This document shows, in pieces, positions 9,381 through 19,009 of a DNA stretch of 64,000 nucleotides (position 1 is the stretch's first letter; each line of letters opens with the position of its first letter). The stretch is taken from assembly GCA_963707505.1 (NCBI GenBank), contig CAVPQB010000001.1, positions 147,222 to 211,221 of the forward strand, in the 5' to 3' direction. The DNA is from an uncultured Gemmatimonadales bacterium. GTDB taxonomy: Bacteria > Gemmatimonadota > Gemmatimonadetes > Gemmatimonadales > Gemmatimonadaceae. The notes beneath the pieces were generated by a model that worked only from the letters and a program-made list of their open reading frames with translations, had not been told where the DNA came from and did not search any database. The position numbers and the translations under genes were made by a program.

Positions 9381-11194
9381 TTCTGCTCCTCGATTATCTG
9401 CTTCAGATCGTCGCGCATCTCGGGCAAGGGAATGCGCGTAACCTGCATCTTTCCGTCCGGCCCGCGAGTCACGGCGGTGTTGAAGTGCGCAAACGCGGGA
9501 TCTTTCTCTGGATAATCATCTCTGAAGTGGCCGCCGCGACTCTCCTTCCGCTCGAGCGCCGAGCGTGCTATCGCCTCCGAGATCGTGAGCAGATTCGCGA
9601 GATCGAGCGCGGTGTGCCATCCCGGATTGTACTCCCGATTCCCCGGCACGGACACTTGCGACGCACGAGCGCGCAGAACGGCGAGCCCGCTCAAAGCCTT
9701 CTGCATGTCTTCTTCCCTGCGAACGATGCCGACGAGATCCTGCATCATCGCCTGCAGGTCGTGCTGCACCTGATACGGCCCCTCGACGCCTTCCCCGTCC
9801 CGCTCGAACGGCTCGAGTGCGTAACTCGCCAGCACGTCTATCGCATCCTGATGCGGTGCGACAGCGGGATTCTGACTCGCGAACAGTGCCGCATGTTCCC
9901 CCGCACGCTTCCCGAAGACCAGCAGATCGGACAGCGAGTTTCCACCCAGACGATTTGCGCCGTGCAAACCTGCGGCGCACTCGCCTGCCGCGAACAGGCC
10001 GGGCACGGTCGACATCTGCGTATCGCCATCGACACGAATCCCGCCCATCACGTAGTGCGTCGTGGGGCCGACTTCCATCGGCTCCTTTGTAATGTCGATG
10101 TCGGCTAGCTGTTTGAATTGATGATACATGCTCGGCAGCTTGCGCTTGATGTGCTGTTCCGCGTCCGGCAGCTTCGATCCGATCCACGAGATGTCGAGAA
10201 AAACGCCGCCGTGCGGGCTGCCTCTGCCTTCGCGCACCTCGCGCATGATGCAACGCGCAACATGATCGCGCGTGAGCAGCTCGGGCGGACGCCGCGCACT
10301 CTTGTCGCCCTGCGTGTAACGCCAGCCCTCCTCTTCGTTATCCGCAGTCTGGCTGCGATAGTTCTCAGGAATGTCGTCGAACATGAAGCGGCGTCCCTCG
10401 TTGTTCACCAGGATGCCGCCCTCGCCACGCACTCCTTCCGTCACCAGAATGCCGCGCACGCTCGGCGGCCACACCATGCCCGTGGGATGAAACTGCACGA
10501 ATTCCATGTCCTGAAGCGCAGCGCCTGCATTGTACGCGAGCGACTGGCCATCACCTGTGTACTCCCAGCTGTTGCTCGTTATGCGATAAGCGCGGCCGAT
10601 TCCACCCGTAGCCAACACCACCGCACCGGCGACGAACACCTTGAAGCGCCCGCGCTCCCTGTCGTACGCGAGCGCTCCCGTCACGCGATTACCCTCGCGC
10701 AGGAGCGAGATCACGGTGCATTCCATGTGCACTTCGACAGGCTGGTGGATTACGTAATCCTGCAGCGTGCGAATGATCTCGAGTCCCGTACGATCACCAA
10801 CGTGCGCAAGCCGCGGGTATTTATGACCACCGAAGTTGCGCTGAAGAATTCGCCCGTCGGGAGTTCTGTCGAAAACCGCGCCCCATGCTTCCAACTCGCG
10901 TACGCGATCCGGCGCTTCGCGCGCGTGCAGTTCCGCCATGCGCCAGTTGTTGAGATACTGACCGCCACGCATGGTGTCGGCGAAGTGAACCTGCCAGTTA
11001 TCTCGCTCGTCAGTATTGGCGAGTGCGGCCGCAACGCCACCCTCCGCCATTACAGTGTGCGCCTTGCCTAGCAGCGATTTGCAGACGAGGCCGACAGATG
11101 CGCCGGAATGTGCAGCCTCGATTGTGGCGCGGAGTCCCGCACCGCCTGCTCCGATCACCAGAACATCGTATGTATGCGTCTCGTACGCCGCCAT
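9377..11194 (-). CDS. sdhA: Succinate dehydrogenase/fumarate reductase flavoprotein
   Basis: GAGGAG, AHTVMAEGG (covalent FAD His), QFHPTG, HGANRLGGNSL, ESRGGH. Confidence 0.95.
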   Translation of the reverse strand: MAAYETHTYDVLVIGAGGAGLRATIEAAHSGASVGLVCKSLLGKAHTVMAEGGVAAALANTDERDNWQVHFADTMRGGQYLNNWRMAELHAREAPDRVRELEAWGAVFDRTPDGRILQRNFGGHKYPRLAHVGDRTGLEIIRTLQDYVIHQPVEVHMECTVISLLREGNRVTGALAYDRERGRFKVFVAGAVVLATGGIGRAYRITSNSWEYTGDGQSLAYNAGAALQDMEFVQFHPTGMVWPPSVRGILVTEGVRGEGGILVNNEGRRFMFDDIPENYRSQTADNEEEGWRYTQGDKSARRPPELLTRDHVARCIMREVREGRGSPHGGVFLDISWIGSKLPDAEQHIKRKLPSMYHQFKQLADIDITKEPMEVGPTTHYVMGGIRVDGDTQMSTVPGLFAAGECAAGLHGANRLGGNSLSDLLVFGKRAGEHAALFASQNPAVAPHQDAIDVLASYALEPFERDGEGVEGPYQVQHDLQAMMQDLVGIVRREEDMQKALSGLAVLRARASQVSVPGNREYNPGWHTALDLANLLTISEAIARSALERKESRGGHFRDDYPEKDPAFAHFNTAVTRGPDGKMQVTRIPLPEMRDDLKQIIEEQK

Positions 11195-12001
11195 CTAGAA
11201 GAGCCTCACATCGTGCAGGATTCCCATCGAGCAGAGTCTCACGTAGAGATCGGTGAACGCGACCCAGAAAAGACTGAGCCATGCCCAGCGCATGTGACCG
11301 CGATTGAGACAGCTCACACAATCGTAGCACTGCTTGCGCACCGGCGCGCCCGCCAGGCGATCCCGATAACCGCCCACGAGATGTCGCAACGAGTGACAGC
11401 CGAATGTGTAACCGCCGAGCAGGATCACGTTGATGGTGAGGACCAGTGTGCCGACACCGATGCCGAAATGCGTCACGCCAGTTGTTGGGTCGGAAAACCA
11501 CATCGCGACGTACGCGTCGTGCGCAAGGATGACAATGAACACGAGCGCGACGTACATGAAGTACCGATGCACGTTCTGCAGAATGAGCGGGAACTTTCGC
11601 TCGCCCCGATAGCTCGTGCGCGGCTCGCCGACCGTGCAGTTGGACGGATCCGCCCAGAACGCCTTGTAGTACGCGCCGCGATAGTAGTAGCATGTGAGTC
11701 TGAAGCCAGCCGGAAACGGCAGGATCAGCAGCGCGGGCGTGAACGGAAGGATGCTCGGGATCCATCCAGGGCGGCTACCCTGAATCCATGCATGCGGGGA
11801 ATTCGCGAACAGGAGCGGCGAGTAGAACGGCGACAGGTACGGGCCGTACTCGTAGTGCGCGTTCTGAAACGCTGCCCACGTCGCGTACACCAGGAATGCG
11901 CTCAGGATCACGAAGACCACGAGCGGTTGCAGCCACCACGTGTCGCGCCGCATGGTCTTACCCCAACCGCGGCGCGTCAGCTGAACCACTTCAGACGCCA
12001 T
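11195..12001 (-). CDS. SDH membrane anchor, mycobacterial Sdh1 (Rv0249c-like) type
   Basis: Several TM helices with YLSPFYSP, FRLTCYYYR, QNVHRYF, GCHSLRH, HMRWAW; abuts sdhA. Confidence 0.85.
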   Translation of the reverse strand: MASEVVQLTRRGWGKTMRRDTWWLQPLVVFVILSAFLVYATWAAFQNAHYEYGPYLSPFYSPLLFANSPHAWIQGSRPGWIPSILPFTPALLILPFPAGFRLTCYYYRGAYYKAFWADPSNCTVGEPRTSYRGERKFPLILQNVHRYFMYVALVFIVILAHDAYVAMWFSDPTTGVTHFGIGVGTLVLTINVILLGGYTFGCHSLRHLVGGYRDRLAGAPVRKQCYDCVSCLNRGHMRWAWLSLFWVAFTDLYVRLCSMGILHDVRLF

Positions 12002-12119
12002 GAAGTGCTCTCTCTTGAGGGGCTTTATTTCAGGACAAAGTACTCCGCAGGCTCAACGGTGGATAGAGGATTGCACGCGTCAGACCTGCGCCCCGCTGGT
12101 CATTCCCACCGCTCCTCCT

Positions 12120-12755
12120 TCACGCAGTGTCCTTCGGTACGACCGAAAATTCGCCCTCGCCTCGCGTCGCGTCCGCGACGGCAGTCCGCAATGCTTCGGC
12201 GTTCGCGCGGGGCACTCGCAACCGATAGTGAACGTCGACGCCGTACTCCTCTTCCACCAACTCTGCGCCGAGTGATGCGATCGCCTGTTGCACAACAGAA
12301 ATGTTGGGATATCCGATCGACAGGATCACCTCGGTGTAATCCACGCGCTCAGCCAGCGGAAGAGACCCGAGCGCGAGCTGCACGCTTCCGCCATACGCCT
12401 TGACGAGGCCGCCCGTGCCGAGCTTCGTCCCGCCGAAATAGCGCGTCACGACGGCTGCGATCTCACCGACTCCGCTGTGCAGCAGAACCGTGAGCATCGG
12501 TCGCCCAGCGGTTCCATGCGGCTCGCCAGCATCGCTCATCCCTATCACGTTGGTACTTCCCGGCGGCCCGGCGACGTACGCCCAGCAGTTGTGATTCGCG
12601 TCCGTGAACTCCATGCTCATTTCCCGAATGAACGATTGGGCTGCACCGGGACTGTCCACACGACGCAACGTGCATATGAACCGACTCCGCTCGATCGTCT
12701 GCTCGACTCGGTGATCGGCGGCAGGCACTGGGTAGCGCGCAACGTCGCTCATCAT
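12120..12755 (-). CDS. yigZ: YigZ/IMPACT family protein
   Basis: SRF, ANHNCWAY, DAGEPHGTAG, RYFGGTKLGTGGLVKAY. Confidence 0.9.
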   Translation of the reverse strand: MMSDVARYPVPAADHRVEQTIERSRFICTLRRVDSPGAAQSFIREMSMEFTDANHNCWAYVAGPPGSTNVIGMSDAGEPHGTAGRPMLTVLLHSGVGEIAAVVTRYFGGTKLGTGGLVKAYGGSVQLALGSLPLAERVDYTEVILSIGYPNISVVQQAIASLGAELVEEEYGVDVHYRLRVPRANAEALRTAVADATRGEGEFSVVPKDTA

Positions 12756-12770
12756 ACAATCGTAGCCGCG

Positions 12771-12787
12771 CGTGCAACCGTTGCACG
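12771..12787. promoter_or_regulatory. Perfect palindrome CGTGCAAC-C-GTTGCACG, candidate operator
   Basis: Lies between the divergent yigZ/sdh and DUF305 genes. Confidence 0.4.
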
Positions 12788-12949
12788 ACTGGATTTGTCC
12801 AATCTCGCGGCTCCAGTCAGGTGCCCCCCGTCCTGCGATGAGGGTTCCCCCTTCCGCACGACTTCACCCCTCCGTTCCCAGGTGATAGTATTGGTATCGT
12901 CCAGGGCAGGTTTTCACAGTGGGGCGATCCCAACCTCGCCCCCAGGAGA

Positions 12950-13684
12950 GTGCTCAAAATGACCCCACCGCGAAGCGTCGGGATCACCACGTTGCTGGCC
13001 GTCATGGCGGTGGCTGCCTCCGCCACCGCGAGCCCCGCGGCAGCTCAGGCTACCACCGGCACTACCACCGGCACTGCCATCGCCGCAGCAGCCGCACCCG
13101 GCGAGGCAGCAGCGATCGCCAGGGCAAGAGCCGACAGTGCCCGCCTGCCGTACACCAAGGCGGACATCGACTTCATGACCGGCATGATCGGTCACCATGC
13201 CCAGGCCATCGTCATTTCCAGGTGGGCCCCCACCCACGGCGCCGGTTCCTCGGTGCAAATCCTTGCCTCGCGAATCATCAACGCACAGCAGGATGAAATC
13301 CGGACCATGCAGCAATGGCTCCGCGATCGCCAGCTGCCCGTCCCGGATGGCCATGCCGGAATGATGATGATGAGCGGCTCCGACATGTCGATGGGTGACA
13401 TGAAAGGCGAGCCACTGATGCCCGGCATGCTCTCCGACGCCCAGCTCAAGGAGCTCGACGCTGCGCGCGGCCGAGACTTCGACCTCCTGTTTCTCAGAGA
13501 CATGATCCAGCATCATGAGGGGGCGATCACGATGGTGAAGCAGCTGTTCGATTCGTACGGCGCAGGCCAGGACGAAATAGTGTTCAAGCTCGCCACCGAT
13601 GCGAACGTCGACCAGGCTACGGAAATCGCAAGAATGCAGAAGATGCTCGTTGCAGAGATGTTTGGAGCAGATGTACAGCAGTAA
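12950..13684 (+). CDS. DUF305 (CopM-like, ferritin-like) secreted protein
   Basis: FMTGMIGHHAQA and FLRDMIQHHEGA repeats, Met-rich loop, signal peptide. Confidence 0.88.
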   Translation: MLKMTPPRSVGITTLLAVMAVAASATASPAAAQATTGTTTGTAIAAAAAPGEAAAIARARADSARLPYTKADIDFMTGMIGHHAQAIVISRWAPTHGAGSSVQILASRIINAQQDEIRTMQQWLRDRQLPVPDGHAGMMMMSGSDMSMGDMKGEPLMPGMLSDAQLKELDAARGRDFDLLFLRDMIQHHEGAITMVKQLFDSYGAGQDEIVFKLATDANVDQATEIARMQKMLVAEMFGADVQQ

Positions 13685-13747
13685 CCGCAGAACTCACCAG
13701 TAGCCAGCACCATCATGCCCCACCCAACATCACTAGAGGAATCAGCT

Positions 13748-15754
13748 ATGTCGTTCACGCACCAATCGCTCCGCTCGAGAGCGCGATCCAGCCTGGGGAC
13801 AGTTCTCAAGTTGTCGGTAGCAATCGGCATGGCCGGCGCCGCGGCTTCTGCTCAGGCTCCCGCAGCAGCTGGTCAGGAAGTGTCGCCGGCCGCCAATATG
13901 GCACCGGGCGAGCCGATGCCGGATCCGCGCGTCGGCCTCAAGCCTGGCGCGGCAGACGCCGGCCAGGCCTCCTGGAACCTGAAGCTCATGTCTTCCAATG
14001 CGCCCCCGGCCAAGTTCGTTGGCAGCACCAACTCTGATCTGGCCTTCGTCGGGCCGTACGCGATCCAGGGCAGCTACAACGGCTTCCAGGTATGGAATGT
14101 CGAGAATCCGGCCCAGGTGTCGCTCAAGACGTCGTACTACTGCCCTGCATCGCAGAGCGACGTCTCCGTCTACAAGAATCTCCTCTTCGTTTCGAGCGAA
14201 GCTACCAGCGGACGGCTCGATTGCGGTGGAGAAGGCGTGAAGGATACGGTCAGCAAGGAGCGCTTGCGCGGTATCCGCATCTTCGACATCAGCGACATCA
14301 ACAATCCGAAGTACATCTCCAACGTGCAGACGTGCCGAGGCTCGCACACGCACACTCTGCTCGTCGATCCAAAGGACAAGGACAACGTCTACGTCTATGT
14401 CTCCGGATCCGCCGGCGTCCGCTCGCCGAATGAAATGCCGGGCTGCTCCAGGGTCACGCCTGACAAGGATCCCAACTCGGCGCTCTTCCGCATCGAAGTG
14501 ATCAAGGTTCCGCTCGCGCATCCGGAAAAGGCAGCGATCGTCAGCTCACCGCGGATCTTCAATAACCTGGTTGCGCCACCAGAGCACGGCGCCGCATCTG
14601 CGGACATCAGCGAGATCGCCGCTGCGCGCGCCAAGGGAGCGTTCATCGCGAACATCATGGGCAATGACATGGTGCTACCGACAGCGTTCGCCAAGCACAT
14701 GCTGGACAGCATCGTAACCGCGCGCGGTGGCACAGGAGCGCCGACCGCTGCCGACAGCGCAACGCTTCGCACTGCACTTCCCGACATGATCGCCAAGATG
14801 ATCGGTCCGCGCGGAAAGACCGGCCCCACACAGTGCCACGACATCACCGTCTATCCAAGTATCGGTTACGCCGGCGGTGCATGCGAAGGCTACGGAATGC
14901 TGCTGAACATCAAGGACCCGACAAACCCTGTCCGCGTCGACGCAGCGTCCGATTCCAACTTCTCCTACTGGCACTCGGCGACCTTCAACAACGACGGCAC
15001 CAAGGTGTTGTTCTCCGACGAGTGGGGCGGCGGTGGCCAGCCCAAGTGCCGCGCAACCGATCCTCGCGATTGGGGCGCCGACGCGATCTTCACGATCGCG
15101 GATAACAAGATGCACTTCCAGAGCTACTACAAGCTCCCCGCACCGCAGACGTCACTGGAGAACTGTGTCGCCCACAACGGCTCGCTCATCCCGATTCCTG
15201 GACGTGACGTGATGGTGCAGGCCTGGTATCAGGGCGGTGTATCGGTGTTCGACTGGACCGATGCCGCGCACCCGGTCGAGATCGCGTACTTCGATCGCGG
15301 TCCGATGGACTCCACCCGCATGGTCACCGGTGGCTTCTGGTCTGCCTACTGGTATAACGGCAAGATCGTCGGCTCCGAGATCGAGCGCGGTCTCGACGTG
15401 TTCGAGCTGCAGCCGAGTGAGTACATCTCCCAGAACGAGATCGACGCCGCGAAGACCATTCACTTCGACTACCTCAACGTTCAGGGACAGCCGAAGTTCG
15501 TCTGGCCGGCGAGCTTCGCCCTCGCACGCGCCTACGTCGACCAGCTGGAGCGGTCCAAGGGGCTCGCAACGGACAAGATATCGTCTGTCCGTCAGGACCT
15601 GACCAGTGCAGAGAGCGCATCTGGCGCAGCGCGTCGCGCGTCGCTCACCAAGCTCGCCGCACAGCTGAAGGGTGATGAAAACGGATCGTCCGATGCATCC
15701 AAGGTAAGGATGCTCACAGGCGCCGTTACACAATTGGCCTCAGCATCGCGCTAG
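13748..15754 (+). CDS. Secreted LVIVD-repeat beta-propeller protein
   Basis: NSDLAF, GFQVWNVENP, GIRIFDISDINNP, GSHTHT, CHDITV, HSATF, CVAHN; RBS GAGGA. Confidence 0.8.
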   Translation: MSFTHQSLRSRARSSLGTVLKLSVAIGMAGAAASAQAPAAAGQEVSPAANMAPGEPMPDPRVGLKPGAADAGQASWNLKLMSSNAPPAKFVGSTNSDLAFVGPYAIQGSYNGFQVWNVENPAQVSLKTSYYCPASQSDVSVYKNLLFVSSEATSGRLDCGGEGVKDTVSKERLRGIRIFDISDINNPKYISNVQTCRGSHTHTLLVDPKDKDNVYVYVSGSAGVRSPNEMPGCSRVTPDKDPNSALFRIEVIKVPLAHPEKAAIVSSPRIFNNLVAPPEHGAASADISEIAAARAKGAFIANIMGNDMVLPTAFAKHMLDSIVTARGGTGAPTAADSATLRTALPDMIAKMIGPRGKTGPTQCHDITVYPSIGYAGGACEGYGMLLNIKDPTNPVRVDAASDSNFSYWHSATFNNDGTKVLFSDEWGGGGQPKCRATDPRDWGADAIFTIADNKMHFQSYYKLPAPQTSLENCVAHNGSLIPIPGRDVMVQAWYQGGVSVFDWTDAAHPVEIAYFDRGPMDSTRMVTGGFWSAYWYNGKIVGSEIERGLDVFELQPSEYISQNEIDAAKTIHFDYLNVQGQPKFVWPASFALARAYVDQLERSKGLATDKISSVRQDLTSAESASGAARRASLTKLAAQLKGDENGSSDASKVRMLTGAVTQLASASR

Positions 15755-15775
15755 TCGTGATCTGATTCAGGAAGT

Positions 15776-15829
15776 AAAAAACCTGTACCAGTATCTGTGC
15801 CAGTGTACAGATACTGGTACAGGTTTTTT
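15776..15829. terminator. Bidirectional intrinsic terminator
   Basis: 23-bp inverted repeat including A6/T6 tails between convergent genes. Confidence 0.85.
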
Positions 15830-16376
15830 ACTTGGGTTCCCCATCCTTCCCCGGCAACTCCACCACGATGTACTTGATCGTGTCCCACGCATTGTGAATG
15901 CCGACGAAAAGCAGCAGGAGCGCCGCTGCACCCATCATGAACAGCGCCGCGTTCTCATCCCGGATCAACAGCATCGCTGCGACGAATAACGCCACATACG
16001 AAATGAGCGGAAGCACCACGTGCCAGATCCAGTCCTCCAGCACCGGCACGTAATCGGGCTGCCGCTTTGTTCGCCTCGCGACCAGCAGCGCGTACACCGC
16101 GCCGACGATGCCACACGCGCCGATCAACAGTGCCACGTACGACAGGACGTGCCATGGCGCACTCATCGCAGCCGACACGAGCAGTACAGCACAGAAGTGA
16201 ACAATGTTCGGCGTGCCGAACGCATCGATCGTCGCAGTGCTGCTACGTCTGCTCGTATCGCTTATCAGCGCCATTACGACGAACTGAAGTCCCGTTAGCG
16301 CAGCGGCCGCTGATCCTGTGATCACATAGAAGCTTCCCCAAGCGCTGAGCGAAGCCTCGGCTACGTTCTGAAGCAT
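15828..16376 (-). CDS. Integral membrane hypothetical protein
   Basis: About 5 TM segments; GSAAAALTGLQFV and GIHNAWD motifs. Confidence 0.75.
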   Translation of the reverse strand: MLQNVAEASLSAWGSFYVITGSAAAALTGLQFVVMALISDTSRRSSTATIDAFGTPNIVHFCAVLLVSAAMSAPWHVLSYVALLIGACGIVGAVYALLVARRTKRQPDYVPVLEDWIWHVVLPLISYVALFVAAMLLIRDENAALFMMGAAALLLLFVGIHNAWDTIKYIVVELPGKDGEPK

Positions 16377-16635
16377 GATCCCCCGTGCGGATGCGCATTC
16401 GTCGCCGCGCCGAACCCCGTGCCCGCATCCCGAAGCTGTGCGATGTCGGCCCAAAGATCAATCCACGGCCAACTGCGGGCAGGCCCGGCCGTCGCTCGCT
16501 AGCGACTGGCACTCGACCCCGTAACTTCCTATAGATTTCCACGATCCGGCACTGGTAAATCAGCCACTGGTAAATCAGCCCCTGAGCAACCAGCGGCTCG
16601 ATTCGGTCAACCACTCTCAGTAGAGGTAGTTCTCC

Positions 16636-17340
16636 ATGCATCGCATTTACAGCTATGCGTTGGCCGCTGCCGCGGTCGCGCTCTCGCCCTTGGCCACCAC
16701 CGTCCAGGGCCAGCAGGAAGCATCCCGCAGTGTTACGGGTGGCGGCATTTCCATTCCCGGCTGGACGGGGAAGATCGACGCCAGTGCCGCCAAGCGTGGC
16801 TCGACCCTCAACGACGCCAAGCTCTCTAAAGACGGCGACGCTCTCCACGTGACGACCGGACCTGCGGTCGCGTACTGGAATCCATCGGACAAGGCGAGCG
16901 GCGACTACACCGTCAGCGCGACGTTCCGCGAGCCCAAGTACATGTCACTCAACGACCACCCGCATCCGTACGGCGTGTTCATAGCCGGAAACGACATGGG
17001 CACCGATAATCAGACATATCTCTATTGCGCCGCTTACGGCAATGGGAATTTCATAGTGCGCGGATTCGGTCCGGCAGCCTTCCAGATGAACGGCCGAGAA
17101 GGCGCCGCGAGCCCCGCAGTGCACAAGGCAGCTGGCAAGGACCAGCCAGTCGAGCAGTTGATCGCACTTTCGGTGAAGGGCAATAAAGTATCGTGCTCGA
17201 TCAATGGAACCGAAGTCGCCAGCTACACCAAGGCCGAGCTCGTTGCGCCAGGAAAACTCAAGTCGACCGACGGCGTGTACGGCATCCGCTTCGCGCACAA
17301 CACCGAAGGCCTCGTCACAGGCCTCGCCGTCAAGAAGTAG
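16636..17340 (+). CDS. Secreted hypothetical protein, possibly concanavalin/DUF1080-like beta-sandwich
   Basis: RBS GAGG, signal peptide, beta-rich body with GDYTVSATF, SCSINGTEV, GVYGIR. Confidence 0.65.
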   Translation: MHRIYSYALAAAAVALSPLATTVQGQQEASRSVTGGGISIPGWTGKIDASAAKRGSTLNDAKLSKDGDALHVTTGPAVAYWNPSDKASGDYTVSATFREPKYMSLNDHPHPYGVFIAGNDMGTDNQTYLYCAAYGNGNFIVRGFGPAAFQMNGREGAASPAVHKAAGKDQPVEQLIALSVKGNKVSCSINGTEVASYTKAELVAPGKLKSTDGVYGIRFAHNTEGLVTGLAVKK

Positions 17341-17356
17341 CAGACGCAGCAACGCC

Positions 17357-17419
17357 GTTCGCATGGTGTCACGTCGTTGTCGCGACAATGATATGACAAC
17401 GACGTGACACCATGCGAAC
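17357..17419. repeat. Perfect 25-bp inverted repeat with 13-nt loop
   Basis: GTTCGCATGGTGTCACGTCGTTGTC ... GACAACGACGTGACACCATGCGAAC; no U-tract. Confidence 0.9.
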
Positions 17420-17464
17420 ACTCCAGTACCCCGTTTGATTTGCGACATCGCCACGGAGACTACC

Positions 17465-18634
17465 ATGACTCTCGCTGAATCTCGCTCTGACACGAATTCC
17501 GACACGAATTCTGACACGAAGGCGAAGGCTGACGGTGAAGTAGTGCTGATGGTCGGCACGCTCAAAGGCGCATTTCTCATCTGGTCGGATGCGTCACGCA
17601 CTGACTGGCGCATCGACGGACCGCACTTCCCAGGTGAATCCGTGTACGCGCTCGCGCTGGATCAACGCAACGGTCGCCGTCGCATTCTCGCTGCAACACG
17701 CAGCTTCCACTGGGGCAGCGTGGTGCGCTGGAGCGACGACTTCGGACAGAGCTGGACGGCGCCGGATCGTCAGAATGTGAAGTTCCCCTCCGGACTGGAC
17801 ATGTCCCTCGTTCAGGTCTGGCAGATCATGCCAGGCCGGGCGTCCGAGCCTGATGTCCTCTATGCTGGCGTCGAGCCCGCGGCGCTCTTCGAGTCGCGCG
17901 ACGCAGGCGAGACGTGGGACATGATTCGCGGCTTGCACGACAATGAGGATCGCCCCAAATGGCAGCCGGGCGGCGGTGGATTGTGTCTCCACACCATCGT
18001 CGTCGATCCCACGGATCCTGCGCGGATGGCGATCGCCGTATCCAGCGGTGGCTTCTACCGAACTGACGACGGCGGCAACAACTGGCAGGCGCGCAACGTC
18101 GGTGTCCGCGCAGAATTTCTTCCCGACAAGTACCCCAAATTCGGACAGTGCGTGCACAAGGTCGTGCATCATCCAGCACGCCCGGAGAGACTGTTCCTGC
18201 AGAATCACTGGGGTCTGTACCGCAGCGATGATTGGGGCGATTCGTGGACCGATATCGCGAACGGCGTTCCGTCCGACTTCGGCTTCTCCATGCAGATGCA
18301 CCCGCACGATCCGGATACGGTGTACATCGTCCCTATCGAGTCGGATCAGTTTCGTTGCGTCCCGGAAGCCAAGCTCCGCGTCTATCGAACGACCGATGCC
18401 GGCGCATCGTGGAAGCCGCTAGCCAACGGACTTCCACAACAGGACGCGTACGAAACCATCCTTCGCGATGCATTGAGCGCCGATTCGCTCCCATCAGCTG
18501 GCATCTACTTCGGCACGCGCAGCGGCAAGCTCTTCGGCTCGGCAAACGACGGTGAAAACTGGAGCGAGATCGCTGGCGGACTTCCATCGATCGTCTGCGT
18601 GAAGGCCGCGGTAGTCCGCACTCCGGTGACCTGA
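17465..18634 (+). CDS. Cytoplasmic BNR/Asp-box beta-propeller protein
   Basis: Six S/T-x-D-x-G-x-x-W Asp-boxes; GGGGLCLHTI, GQCVHK, QNHWG; RBS GGAG; no signal peptide. Confidence 0.85.
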   Translation: MTLAESRSDTNSDTNSDTKAKADGEVVLMVGTLKGAFLIWSDASRTDWRIDGPHFPGESVYALALDQRNGRRRILAATRSFHWGSVVRWSDDFGQSWTAPDRQNVKFPSGLDMSLVQVWQIMPGRASEPDVLYAGVEPAALFESRDAGETWDMIRGLHDNEDRPKWQPGGGGLCLHTIVVDPTDPARMAIAVSSGGFYRTDDGGNNWQARNVGVRAEFLPDKYPKFGQCVHKVVHHPARPERLFLQNHWGLYRSDDWGDSWTDIANGVPSDFGFSMQMHPHDPDTVYIVPIESDQFRCVPEAKLRVYRTTDAGASWKPLANGLPQQDAYETILRDALSADSLPSAGIYFGTRSGKLFGSANDGENWSEIAGGLPSIVCVKAAVVRTPVT

Positions 18635-18636
18635 TC

Positions 18637-18927
18637 GTGGCTATCACCATCGAGATCCCCTCGGCGCTCCGATTACACTCACGCGGGAGCGCCGTCGTCA
18701 CCATCGACACGCACGAACAATCGTGCGATTCCGTCGGCGCCGCCCTCGGCGCACTGGAGTCGCGATACCCGGGCGTTCTCGACCGGGTGGTGACCGAACA
18801 GGGCGATCTTCGTCCGCATGTCAACGTATTCGTCGACGGCGAGAACAGTCGTTTCGCGGACGGCCTGTCGACTCCGATCCGCGATCCGGCCACGATAACG
18901 ATTCTCGCGGCCATAAGCGGAGGATAG
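18637..18927 (+). CDS. MoaD/ThiS family ubiquitin-like protein
   Basis: IPSALR, RPHVNVFVDGE, C-terminal AISGG. Confidence 0.9.
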   Translation: MAITIEIPSALRLHSRGSAVVTIDTHEQSCDSVGAALGALESRYPGVLDRVVTEQGDLRPHVNVFVDGENSRFADGLSTPIRDPATITILAAISGG

Positions 18928-19009
18928 GCGCCGCTCGGGGCGAGCCGCATTCTTGCGCACGCGGTATTCGTATTGGATATTTTATCCGAAACCTGACCGC
19001 GAGGCGGCG

